Source: a virus
Lineage: Duplodnaviria > Caudoviricetes
Virus record (IMG/VR): IMGVR_UViG_3300006169_000158
Coordinates: 1-50,654 of that record
Direction: 5' to 3' (one strand)
Length of the DNA: 50,654 nucleotides
This document shows positions 1 to 8,457 of the stretch, in pieces (positions within the stretch are counted from its first letter, which is position 1; each line of letters starts with the position of its first letter). The position numbers and the translations under genes are program-made. The notes below the pieces were generated by a model. That model was not told the DNA's origin and did no database searches. It was given only the letters and a program-made list of their open reading frames with translations.

Positions 1-264
1 GCGAACGGTCGACTCGGCCCCAGCGCCGGGAGCGCGACGACCATGGATAGGCGCTTCCGCGTCCCAACCCATGACGTTGGCGAGGATGGTGCGCTTCGCC
101 TGAGTGTTGCCAGCACCGAGGATGTACTCGTACTCCAAGGTCGAACTGGTTCGGTTCGGAAGCACGTTCTCCGTGCCACCGTAGAACGTCTCGGGCTCCG
201 GAACACTCCGGATGTACCCGAGGAACGTCGGGTTCTGAAACTCTTCCAACTCCCAAAGTGCCAT
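1..264 (-). CDS. Major capsid protein, N-terminal part (runs off the window; lambda gpE-like)
   Basis: Hand translation from ATG 264: MALWELEEFQNPTFLGYIRSVPEP...LANVMGWDAEAPI. Follows portal, scaffold and decoration genes. Not in the ORF track. Confidence 0.8.
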   Translation of the reverse strand, partial: MALWELEEFQNPTFLGYIRSVPEPETFYGGTENVLPNRTSSTLEYEYILGAGNTQAKRTILANVMGWDAEAPIHGRRAPGAGAESTVR

Positions 265-280
265 GAGTATCAGCCCCGTC

Positions 281-676
281 TCACTGGAAGAGGAACGAAC
301 CGGCGAGGTCCGTCTCCGCTGCGGCGTCGAGGCCGGTGCACCGCATGGCGATGACAGACCCCCCGATCATGAGCCCTGTGACAGCGTTGCCCTTCTTCAG
401 GTTCACGCTCTCGAACAGGAAGCCCTTCGCATCCTGACGGCCATCCACAGCCGCGTTGTCGTAGGGGCCGTATCGCCCGGTGGCAGTGACGCGACCGATG
501 GTCTGACCCTTCGGAAGGATCTTGTCGCCATTGCCGTCTGCGGTCACGAGAGATGCGTCCAACGTGATGCCAACACGCTTGGCAGTGAAGTTCTCAGATG
601 CGATGAACTCCGCCTCCTGCGTCAGCCCACTTGCCGCAGCCCCGTCGACCCGTTCGATCTGAGGGTGCCAAGCCAT
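281..676 (-). CDS. Head decoration protein (lambda gpD-like)
   Basis: 131 aa with KILPKGQTIGR..GRYGPYD..DGRQDAKGFL; lies between scaffold and capsid genes; AAGGAG RBS. Confidence 0.75.
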   Translation of the reverse strand: MAWHPQIERVDGAAASGLTQEAEFIASENFTAKRVGITLDASLVTADGNGDKILPKGQTIGRVTATGRYGPYDNAAVDGRQDAKGFLFESVNLKKGNAVTGLMIGGSVIAMRCTGLDAAAETDLAGSFLFQ

Positions 677-702
677 TGCTGGTCTCCTTGTTCAGGCGGC
701 TG

Positions 703-1467
703 TCAGCCGCTCCTGCGTGGGTGGCGCGATGCTGCGATCTGTGCGCCCTTTCGCATTGCCGTGGCGGGATCGGGCCGCTTTCGACCGGTCACTCCGCCGC
801 CGTTCTGCTGGGTCGTCGTCTGGGGGATCAGTCCCAGACCCTGCAACTGGCGGACCTTGCGGTCGGACCCGATCTTGATCAGGTCACCAGCGCTACCAGC
901 GAGTGCGGCCACTACGTCGTCGATGACCTCATCGGCATCCTCTTCTCGCAGATGAGGAACGATCGCGTCGAGCGCCTTCTTCGCGGCGATCTGTGCAGAT
1001 CGTCCCGAGGTGGCCATCTCGTCTGCGAGGCGGTCCCGTGCGAGCGTGCGGAGAGCGATGCTGTCTCCCGAGCGACGTGGAGCGGGGCGCTGCCTCTGGC
1101 GCGGGGCCGGGGGCTCTTCCTCTTCCTCGTCGGGATCGGGGTCGGGCTGACGGTACTGGGACTCCAAGCGCCGGGTGATCTTCGTGATCGCCTTGTCGAA
1201 GCGCCGCTGAAGGCGTTCCTCGACTCGGCGTTCGATCTCCTCGATGTCGACCTCAGGGTCGTCATCCTCGGGGTCTTCTCCGTCAGGGTCTTCGGCGTCA
1301 TCCACGGGCGGAAGGCCGGTCAGGTCGACGTCGTCGTCACTTCGATCCTCAGGATCGGGTGCCGGGGGCTGAACATCAACTTCCGGATCTGCCGGTGGGT
1401 CCTGCGGCCCCCCTGCTGTCGGCGGGATGAGTCCCGCGCCAGTGGGTCCTGCATTTGGACGTGCCAT
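703..1467 (-). CDS. Capsid scaffolding protein
   Basis: Acidic, Pro-rich N-terminus, coiled-coil middle, basic C-terminus; upstream of decoration and capsid genes. Confidence 0.7.
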   Translation of the reverse strand: MARPNAGPTGAGLIPPTAGGPQDPPADPEVDVQPPAPDPEDRSDDDVDLTGLPPVDDAEDPDGEDPEDDDPEVDIEEIERRVEERLQRRFDKAITKITRRLESQYRQPDPDPDEEEEEPPAPRQRQRPAPRRSGDSIALRTLARDRLADEMATSGRSAQIAAKKALDAIVPHLREEDADEVIDDVVAALAGSAGDLIKIGSDRKVRQLQGLGLIPQTTTQQNGGGVTGRKRPDPATAMRKGAQIAASRHPRRSG

Positions 1468-1588
1468 CTTCTGTTCTCCATTCAGAAGTCTTAACTATCG
1501 GATGCCTCGAAAGTCAGTGCCGATGCCAAGCCTTCGGTCTCAAAGTACATGATTCGGTCGTATTCAGTTAGCGCCCCGCCGAGAAAAC

Positions 1589-1822
1589 TCAGCGACCGTA
1601 GAGCAGCCCACCGGGCTTGTAGAGCAGCGGGTAGAACCCACGGTTGATCCGGTTGGGGTCCTGCGGGTTCTCGTACTTCTTCAAGAACGGGTTCCGCTTC
1701 GGAGCCTCCGGAGTCTGAAGGACGTAGATCTCGGAGCGGCTACGCACGACTCCGGGGTACGCCGACGGAGGGAGGCCGAAGACCGGCGCACCCTTGCGAG
1801 ACAGTTCCTTGTCGACAGGCAT
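1589..1822 (-). CDS. Hypothetical small protein (possibly virion)
   Basis: AGGAG RBS directly after the upstream stop; in head module. Confidence 0.65.
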   Translation of the reverse strand: MPVDKELSRKGAPVFGLPPSAYPGVVRSRSEIYVLQTPEAPKRNPFLKKYENPQDPNRINRGFYPLLYKPGGLLYGR

Positions 1823-1831
1823 TGCGACTCC

Positions 1832-2329
1832 TTATGCAGCGGCTGCCGCAGCAGCAGTGAGGAACGGACCGACGAGCACGTGCTTGTACAGCGGGTCGGT
1901 CTTGTCTCCGGAGAACGGACGGCGCTCCTCGCCGGGAGCAAGGCGAACAACTGCGCCGCCTGCCGACGTGTCCTTCCAGAACGTGTAGCCGTTGGAACCG
2001 CGCTCCTCGCCGTACAGGTGGAGGTCGGTTTCGAGCCGCATGGCCACCGCCGTGTTGCCCGCCTCGGCCACCGTGAACTGGCCCGCCATGACCGGGTCAG
2101 CCACGCCTTCGCCGTGGGCTCCGACCCACTGAGCGTCGTAGATCGACGTGTTCATCTCCTCCACGTGGAGGACGTAAGTGCCAGCGGCGACAGAGACGAC
2201 GGCCACGCCGGAACCGTTCGTCGTGGCGACACCGCCGTAGTTGCCGTACAGGTCCCATGCCTTGACAACGGCCCCGGCGACAGTTGCGCCACCGTGGTCC
2301 GTCACCGTGACGGTGAAGGTTCCAGCCAT
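1832..2329 (-). CDS. Ig-like/carboxypeptidase-regulatory-like beta-sandwich protein, probably virion-associated
   Basis: GTFTVTVTD..GATVAGA.V..ATTNGSG..V.V.AGTY.L pattern; AGGAG RBS. Confidence 0.6.
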   Translation of the reverse strand: MAGTFTVTVTDHGGATVAGAVVKAWDLYGNYGGVATTNGSGVAVVSVAAGTYVLHVEEMNTSIYDAQWVGAHGEGVADPVMAGQFTVAEAGNTAVAMRLETDLHLYGEERGSNGYTFWKDTSAGGAVVRLAPGEERRPFSGDKTDPLYKHVLVGPFLTAAAAAAA

Positions 2330-2344
2330 TGCGTGCTCCTTAGG

Positions 2345-3985
2345 TTACGACGACGCCGTCGTTGTCGACTGTACTGGTTGTGCGGGCGGACGTGCAGCAG
2401 CCTGCACCGTGGCGATTTCCTTCTGTGTCTGCGCAGCGATCTCCTGAGCCTGCAAGGCGTGCTGCGCGCTGGCATCCGCAACCTTTATGTTCTCGTCGGT
2501 CTGGATGCTCGCCTCCAACCGCATCTCCTTCTCGATCTCCTTCTCGATGTTGTCGATCTCCGTCTTGCCGAGCCCCTTGCGGCTCAGGATCCAGCGGCGC
2601 GAGACGATCTTGGCCGCATAGTCCTCGCGGTCACCGACGGCGTCGACGATGTCGCCCGACCCGATGACAACCTTGATCTCGTCGCGCTTGTCGTAGACCT
2701 CCTTCGGGTCCACCTCGTACCACGGACCTTCGGACATGCGGACGGCGTGGAGGTCGAGCATCTGGTTGGCGAGTGCCTTGATCGCCGTAATGGCGTTCTT
2801 CCGGACTCGCTGGTGCGTCGCCCGGTCCTTGCGGTTCAACACCTCCAAGGCGTACCCCGAGACGGTGCCGAGACCGCCGATGTCATCGAGGTCGATCTTC
2901 GTCAGGCCGAACTCCCGGTAGAGGTTCTTCTCCAAGAGGCGCTGCTGGCTCTCGATCATGCGGGGGTCCGTCGGGAGCGTGATCGAGTGGAGCGACGTGC
3001 CACCGGGGAAGCGAAGGACGTCAGCAATGTCCTTTGCGATCGTCTCGTCCCGACTACCAGCACCGAGGAGCGCCTGATCCCCGACGACACCGATGGTGGC
3101 GAACGAGTTCTGCCGGGCAACCCGGAACCCCAACTGGCCGAGCGCGTTGAACCGGTCCGCCGTCCCCTTGACCTTCCGCGTGATCATCGACTCGCCGAAC
3201 ATGCTGCGGATGCGTCGGCGTCCATCCCCCTTGCAGTGGACGAGGTCGAACCCCGACGTCTGCATCGGCACCCGGTTGATGATCTCGTTGTTCTCGTCGA
3301 GCGTGTAGCGAACGACCTGATTCACGATCGCCATCTCGTCGTCGATCTGACGGACCACGAGGTCGTCGTTCTCGTACATCGGCTCCCGGACGTACACGTG
3401 GGTCAGTTCACGTTCCCCGTCAGGCGTGTCGAGCGTCTCGAAGCGGTAGTAGCGAACGAGTCGCCGGTAGTCCTTGTCGCTGTAGACGGGCCAGATCTCC
3501 GAAGCGTTCCAGAAGTCAGCATTGACCCCGTCGGTGACAGCGTCGAACACCGGGTTGGCGAACGACTGTCCAGTGATCAGGGCCTCTCGGAACCAGTCGT
3601 CAGTGCGGGACTCGATGTCGAACTCGGCGAACCAAGCATTGAGCAACTCCGAGTGCGGGCCGTCGAACTTGATGCCCGACGAGAACATGTCCGCAAGGAC
3701 GTCGATCGCTTCCTGAACATGGCTGCTGTAGGCGTGCTTGCGCAGGTGCTCCGGGAGGCGCTTGTTCGCCTGAACGTAACCGGTCTTCGCAGCGAAGTCG
3801 TCGTTCTCGCCGTCGTACTGACTGCCCTCGTAGTAGGCGGCTGCCGAGGCGTACTCGATCTTGGCCTCCTGCCACTGGGCAATCTCGTGCAGGAACTGCT
3901 TCTCCTTCAGGCCGGGAATCGCATCCTCGATCGCAGGTGCCCCGTCATCGAAGGCCACCAACTGCGGGTTGGGCATGAGAGGCAT
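2345..3985 (-). CDS. Portal protein (SPP1-like)
   Basis: About 546 aa with YYEG near the N-terminus and SGYAL near the C-terminus; follows terminase. ATG 3985 has a GGAG RBS (ORF track starts at TTG 4015). Confidence 0.85.
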   Translation of the reverse strand: MPLMPNPQLVAFDDGAPAIEDAIPGLKEKQFLHEIAQWQEAKIEYASAAAYYEGSQYDGENDDFAAKTGYVQANKRLPEHLRKHAYSSHVQEAIDVLADMFSSGIKFDGPHSELLNAWFAEFDIESRTDDWFREALITGQSFANPVFDAVTDGVNADFWNASEIWPVYSDKDYRRLVRYYRFETLDTPDGERELTHVYVREPMYENDDLVVRQIDDEMAIVNQVVRYTLDENNEIINRVPMQTSGFDLVHCKGDGRRRIRSMFGESMITRKVKGTADRFNALGQLGFRVARQNSFATIGVVGDQALLGAGSRDETIAKDIADVLRFPGGTSLHSITLPTDPRMIESQQRLLEKNLYREFGLTKIDLDDIGGLGTVSGYALEVLNRKDRATHQRVRKNAITAIKALANQMLDLHAVRMSEGPWYEVDPKEVYDKRDEIKVVIGSGDIVDAVGDREDYAAKIVSRRWILSRKGLGKTEIDNIEKEIEKEMRLEASIQTDENIKVADASAQHALQAQEIAAQTQKEIATVQAAARPPAQPVQSTTTASS

Positions 3986-4142
3986 CGTGGCTCCGATCCG
4001 TGATGGTTGTGTCAATACTGCCGCAAGGCGTTGCTCTCGGGGAACAGACAGGCCGGGGGGCTAGGTCGTGTGGAGTTGTGAGCCAGCCCGTGGGAAGGCC
4101 GTACATGACGCTGGACGAGCGCCATAACTTTTAAACTTATGG

Positions 4143-5042
4143 TCAAATCTCGACCGTGTCATTGAGGCCGAGAGACGCCGGACCGTAGGCGCTCTTGCCA
4201 GCCTTCTTCAGGCCCAACTCCGCCAGCCACCAAGCGATGACCGTGTCGTCGTGCTCACCGACACCCTGCAACTTGTCATTCACCCAGCCGTAGGCCATGC
4301 ACTCGGCCAGCCAGATGTCGACCATCTCTCGGGTGATGCCGCTCATGTACGGGATGACGTACATCCCTCGTTCCAGAGCGAGCAGGAGGGACGGAACGCC
4401 GTTCTCCAACGACTGCTTCTCGGTACCGGTGTCGTGACCGATGACCGGGATCATCGTCCGCTCGGTGATCCAGTTCTGGTAGATCCGCTGGAACAGCACC
4501 GACTCCAAGACGACGACGTCATCCTTGTACCGGTTGTACGACTGCTGGATCTCGTGCAACTGCCGGTCGAACGAGATGCCCTTCCATCGCCGGATCTCCA
4601 AGATCTGTCGCTTCTGCGTCTTCCGGTGGTACGCCATCGTGTACTTCGCCGTGAAGTCGGCGGCCACCTTCTCCGAGAGGGCGAAGTCCCAGCCCGTCGT
4701 GATGACGAACTCCTCACGCAACTTGGGCGACCAGTGCTCCGTGCTGCTCGTGAACTGCAAGTTCTTGTTGAGCATCGGCTCGAACATCTCGATCGGGAAG
4801 AGCGAGGACACCGACGAGCGCGGGTTGCACATGAACTCCCGGTCGAAGACGAGCGGACCGACCTCTCGTCGCTTGCCGATCAGGCACGCCAACTGGGCCG
4901 GGCACTTCGGGCAGTCGAAGTCACAGTCGGGGATCGCTCGGATGGGCCACCGCTCGGGCCACAGGGCCTCGTGGTTCTCCAAGAGCCTTGCAATGGCAGG
5001 GTCGAGTTCCTCTTCCTCGTTCCCCATCGCGTACTGCGTCAT
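4143..5042 (-). CDS. terL: Terminase large subunit, C-terminal part (LWPE..FDREF segment plus RNase H-fold nuclease)
   Basis: ALWPERWP, GPLVFDREFMCNP, ITTGWDFA, ADFTA, VVLESVLFQ, EHDDTVIA. ATG 5042 overlaps the upstream TGA. Confidence 0.85.
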   Translation of the reverse strand: MTQYAMGNEEEELDPAIARLLENHEALWPERWPIRAIPDCDFDCPKCPAQLACLIGKRREVGPLVFDREFMCNPRSSVSSLFPIEMFEPMLNKNLQFTSSTEHWSPKLREEFVITTGWDFALSEKVAADFTAKYTMAYHRKTQKRQILEIRRWKGISFDRQLHEIQQSYNRYKDDVVVLESVLFQRIYQNWITERTMIPVIGHDTGTEKQSLENGVPSLLLALERGMYVIPYMSGITREMVDIWLAECMAYGWVNDKLQGVGEHDDTVIAWWLAELGLKKAGKSAYGPASLGLNDTVEI

Positions 5043-5446
5043 GCTGGCTCCCACTTCTTCGATGATCGGCCCAGAGCGTTGACAACAGGCGGGTACGGCG
5101 GGATCGGCGCAGCCCCCGTACCGTTCCACGGCACTGCATACCCCGAAGCCACCATCAGGTCGTTGACGCACGAGCCGTCAGGACGGTAGATGCGACCGTC
5201 GAAGCGACCTGCGTACTTGTCGAGACGAACGATCATCGCCGTCACCTTCATCCCGGTCGGAACGAGGGAGCGGAGGAAGTCCCTCGCCTCCACCGCTCCC
5301 TCCATCCCGATCTCGCGGGTGTTCAACCCCGCCAGACGACAGGACTGGTCAGCGATCTTGAACAACAAGACGTCGATCGTGAGGAACAACGTGTCTCCGT
5401 CGTACACCCTTTCGACGACCGCTGACCGAACCCTGTTGTCGATCAC
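5039..5446 (-). CDS. Thermonuclease (SNase) family nuclease
   Basis: VERVYDGDT, RLAGLNTRE, DKYAGR, VNDLMVASGYA. Confidence 0.85.
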   Translation of the reverse strand: MIDNRVRSAVVERVYDGDTLFLTIDVLLFKIADQSCRLAGLNTREIGMEGAVEARDFLRSLVPTGMKVTAMIVRLDKYAGRFDGRIYRPDGSCVNDLMVASGYAVPWNGTGAAPIPPYPPVVNALGRSSKKWEPA

Positions 5447-5829
5447 CCTTCCGCCGCGCCCTTGTTCGCAGCCTTGTAGGCGGCTCGGGCTTCCTTCTTG
5501 CCCTTGGCGCTCTTCAGGTAGCGGAGGCGCTTCTTCAGTTCAGCCTTGACCTCCTCGCCCTCGGCGGACTGTGACGTCTCCGAAAGGCGCGTCTCGATGT
5601 GGGCGATCTCCGCCTCGGGGGTCATTGCGTTGGCGGTGTTGGCCGCAACCTCGTTGCCTGCGGGGGACAGGCCCCCACCTCCGGACCGCCCCGACGAGCG
5701 GGTTCCGGTTGCCGCACCGGTTCCGCCACCCGACGAGCGAGTGCCGGTGGGGACGCCGCCAGACGACGAGCCAGTCGACCCAGCGGACCCAGTGCCAGCA
5801 GTTCCACCTGAACTCCCTGCGTTAGCCAT
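5443..5829 (-). CDS. Gly/Ser-rich hypothetical protein with basic C-terminus
   Basis: AAGGAG RBS; overlaps both neighbours. Confidence 0.65.
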   Translation of the reverse strand: MANAGSSGGTAGTGSAGSTGSSSGGVPTGTRSSGGGTGAATGTRSSGRSGGGGLSPAGNEVAANTANAMTPEAEIAHIETRLSETSQSAEGEEVKAELKKRLRYLKSAKGKKEARAAYKAANKGAAEG

Positions 5830-6340
5830 GATGCTCCTTCGGTTTCGCGATGAGGGCGATTCGAGTGAACCCCGGAAGACGCGGGTCCGAGTACACGCCC
5901 ATGAGTTTCCTGTCGGTGATGAGAGCGACCGGTCCGCGCCTCATCTGCTCCTCAGTATCGTCCGACAGGACACCGATGCGCTGTAGCACATCCGGGAAGA
6001 TCTTCCAGAACGTAGCGTCGAAGTTCGACAAGTCCCGGTGAGCACCCTTCCGAAAGATGATCTGCGCCTGAACGTACGCCCACTCCGACGGCGGGACCGA
6101 GTCGCGGCGAGCGTAGAGCCGGAGGTACTCCTCCCAACTGGCCTTCGTGCGGTTGCGTGCCGACCAGTGCGACCGCTCCCAGACGTTGAGCGACGGCGGG
6201 GTCTTGGGAATCGTCCAGAGAACCCGGACAAGCCCGTCGAGACCGGGTCGCACGATCCGCTCGACCTTGCCGCCCAGTCGGGGCGTTCCAGCATTCCGGT
6301 TCGGCTTGCCGTCCGGCCACACCCGAGTCGAGGTCGTCAC
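5822..6340 (-). CDS. RusA-like Holliday junction resolvase
   Basis: PPSLN..HW..R..K..W and RDLSN..K..D.L..G.LSDD. Confidence 0.7.
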   Translation of the reverse strand: MTTSTRVWPDGKPNRNAGTPRLGGKVERIVRPGLDGLVRVLWTIPKTPPSLNVWERSHWSARNRTKASWEEYLRLYARRDSVPPSEWAYVQAQIIFRKGAHRDLSNFDATFWKIFPDVLQRIGVLSDDTEEQMRRGPVALITDRKLMGVYSDPRLPGFTRIALIAKPKEHHG

Positions 6341-6654
6341 TTCGTCGTCTTCTTCGCCGCCGCCTTCTTGGCAGGCTTGCTCGCCGCCTTCTTGGCCGTC
6401 CGGCGTGTCGTGGTCTTGTTGAGCGTGTCGCCGGGCTCGATCGTCACGGTGATGCGACCGGGAGAGCCCATGTCCTCCCAGTCGATCGTCCGGACCGACA
6501 GCATGCCGACGAACGGCTGGCCAGCGACATCCTCGTCGGGGAAGCCGAACCCCGTCGTCCCGGCAATGGTGTCGTGACCGATGAGGTCAAGGAGCCGGAT
6601 GGTCTTGGACATCTCGACCCTCTTGCGTGTGGTCTCGACCTTCTTCTCAGTCAT
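6337..6654 (-). CDS. Hypothetical protein with KKAA/PAKK basic tail
   Basis: GGAGG RBS; C-terminus TAKKAASKPAKKAAAKKTTK. Confidence 0.7.
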   Translation of the reverse strand: MTEKKVETTRKRVEMSKTIRLLDLIGHDTIAGTTGFGFPDEDVAGQPFVGMLSVRTIDWEDMGSPGRITVTIEPGDTLNKTTTRRTAKKAASKPAKKAAAKKTTK

Positions 6655-6880
6655 CTTCCATCGCCTCCTTGATCTTCTCTTCCACGATGGCGATCCATTC
6701 GGACGCCGGGATCTCGTCCAGCGAGTCGTTCATGTCGAGCAGCCAGACAGGAACGTCTTCGAGGCTCTCGATCTGTCGCGCGTCGATGGCATCCCGTACG
6801 GCCAGTGCCACCTGCTGCATCATCAGGTGGACGACCTGACGGCTCGTCTCGACCTCTTCTCGGGTCAGGATGCGAGGCAT
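6647..6880 (-). CDS. Hypothetical protein (MPRILTREEV...)
   Basis: TGATG coupling to the peptidase gene; corresponds to the C-terminal 77 aa of the ORF-track 324-aa ORF. Confidence 0.65.
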   Translation of the reverse strand: MPRILTREEVETSRQVVHLMMQQVALAVRDAIDARQIESLEDVPVWLLDMNDSLDEIPASEWIAIVEEKIKEAMEDD

Positions 6881-7593
6881 CACTCCACCCCCGTCGGACT
6901 GCTGTTCACCATGTCGAACGTGACGCACTCGCCATCTTCCCTCAACAGACGACGCAGCGTCTCGAAGCGCATGCGGAAACGGCCCCGGAGCCCCCACCAC
7001 GGACCCCACGAGTTCGTCCCCTCGACATACTCCTTCTGAACGTTGACCCCGTGGAGTTCGATCGCGTGCCCACCGGCCAGCGGTCCGGACGGCTCGACGA
7101 ACCCGTTGGCATCGGTGTCGAACATGCCGTCGTACCAGTTGATCCCGATGACGACGGGTCCGTGGTAGCCGAGCATCCGGATCGTGTCCTCGGTGCCGAA
7201 GCCCCAGCGGTACGCCTGAATGACGTTCCACTCCTTCAGCGCCTTGACGCCAGCGAGGGTCGAGGTGCCAAAGTACGACGGCTCCACCCCCGGCCATTCG
7301 TCGTTGTTCTGCGCCCAGACATAAATATCCGTCGCGCTGTGCGACCTCCGGACCTTCAAGGGAATGTCCTTCGTGAGCGGTTGCGTGTTCGCCATGCCGT
7401 ACATCGAGTAGCCGACGCACTGTGACGTCTGTCCTTGGTCCCAAGCCCTCGGCCTGCGCCACGTCTTGCTGATGAGCGGGTCCTGAGCGGCGAAGAACGC
7501 TCCGCGAGCCGCGAACTCCTTGGACCGAGCGTCGAGGTTGACGATCGTGCGTCCCAAGAGCGGATGGTCCGGGAGGAGGCTGATGTCTGTCAT
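6880..7593 (-). CDS. Papain-like cysteine peptidase (family C1)
   Basis: DQGQTSQCVGY (Gln/Cys), GPVVIGI.W, GGHAI (His), NSWG.WG..G.F (Asn). Confidence 0.85.
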   Translation of the reverse strand: MTDISLLPDHPLLGRTIVNLDARSKEFAARGAFFAAQDPLISKTWRRPRAWDQGQTSQCVGYSMYGMANTQPLTKDIPLKVRRSHSATDIYVWAQNNDEWPGVEPSYFGTSTLAGVKALKEWNVIQAYRWGFGTEDTIRMLGYHGPVVIGINWYDGMFDTDANGFVEPSGPLAGGHAIELHGVNVQKEYVEGTNSWGPWWGLRGRFRMRFETLRRLLREDGECVTFDMVNSSPTGVE

Positions 7594-7644
7594 GATGCTC
7601 CTTGTTGCGTCGTTGCTGCACCGAAACTACAAACTACGTACGGT

Positions 7645-8457
7645 CTAGTCGTCATCCTTCGTACCGTCATTGACGACGCGAGCCGCACCGAACAAGCGCC
7701 ATTCGTACATCTCATTGTCACGGCAACCCATGAGCAAGTCGAGACTGTGGAACGGCGTACCGACGAGCATGATGCGCGTGGGCGGGAAGGTCTCCACCCG
7801 AGCAGGCTTCTTCACCTCCTGCACCACCCTCGTGGTCACTGGGTGAGCCATGCCGCCTACGGTTCCGAACCACCACCCCTTCAGGCGGTCGCGCTGCATC
7901 TGGGTACCGGTGTTGTTCTCGTCCTGCACGTCGTCCCCGATGATCAAGTCAGGGTGAGCACCACGAACGGCAGCACCTGAACCACGGACGGTGATGCGAG
8001 CGTCGTTCATGAACACCACCTCCTTGGTGTGCAGCACCTTCGGACTGACCAGCAGGTGCGGAGCCACTTGGTTCACCGCTGCGACCGTTCGAGCGAGAAT
8101 CTTCTCGCCCTGATCGCCGCTGTTGCAGAAGATGTACGTCCAGAAGCCCGGTCGGTAGATCGAGTGCCATGCGGCGTTGTTGATCGAGAAGATCTCCGAC
8201 TTGCCGTGCTCACGCGGGGCCAGTACGGCAGCCCGTCGGGCGTGCTGAGCGATGCGGTACCACTCCCAGTGGACTCCGGCATTCTTGAACTCCCGCTTGA
8301 TCTCCGACCACTGACCCATGTCGACCGCTGCTGCCGCTTCGAGCAGTTCTGCCTCGGTGAAGCGAGCCAACTGGGGGTGCTTGCGAATAAGCGCTGCGAG
8401 CGCGGCCCGATGAGACCCGTTGCCCTGAACGCCCGTCAGGTCATCAGTGATCGTCAC
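7645..8457 (-). CDS. terL: Terminase large subunit, N-terminal ATPase part
   Basis: Walker A APREHGKS, VRGAHPD, Walker B LIIGDD, coupling motif VGTPFH..DL; ends at TAG 7645. Confidence 0.88.
   Translation of the reverse strand: MTITDDLTGVQGNGSHRAALAALIRKHPQLARFTEAELLEAAAAVDMGQWSEIKREFKNAGVHWEWYRIAQHARRAAVLAPREHGKSEIFSINNAAWHSIYRPGFWTYIFCNSGDQGEKILARTVAAVNQVAPHLLVSPKVLHTKEVVFMNDARITVRGSGAAVRGAHPDLIIGDDVQDENNTGTQMQRDRLKGWWFGTVGGMAHPVTTRVVQEVKKPARVETFPPTRIMLVGTPFHSLDLLMGCRDNEMYEWRLFGAARVVNDGTKDDD

Noticed and set aside
1498-1505. GCATCCGA shared between the scaffold leader and the putative bypass gap
   Set aside because: Two copies of an 8-mer in 50 kb are expected by chance
1880-4003. Long plus-strand ORFs (707 aa here; also 34788-36755, 47554-48930, 44861-45913 and others)
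   Set aside because: Antisense shadows of GC3-rich minus-strand genes; no motifs or RBS
5443-6654. Gly/Ser-rich and PAKK-tailed proteins as a DNA-condensing system
   Set aside because: Such low-complexity tails are common in actinobacterial and phage proteins; no further support
5000-7700. Split intein or group I/II intron joining the terL halves
   Set aside because: No intein terminal motifs, and the intervening DNA is almost fully occupied by coupled ORFs, leaving no room for a ribozyme core
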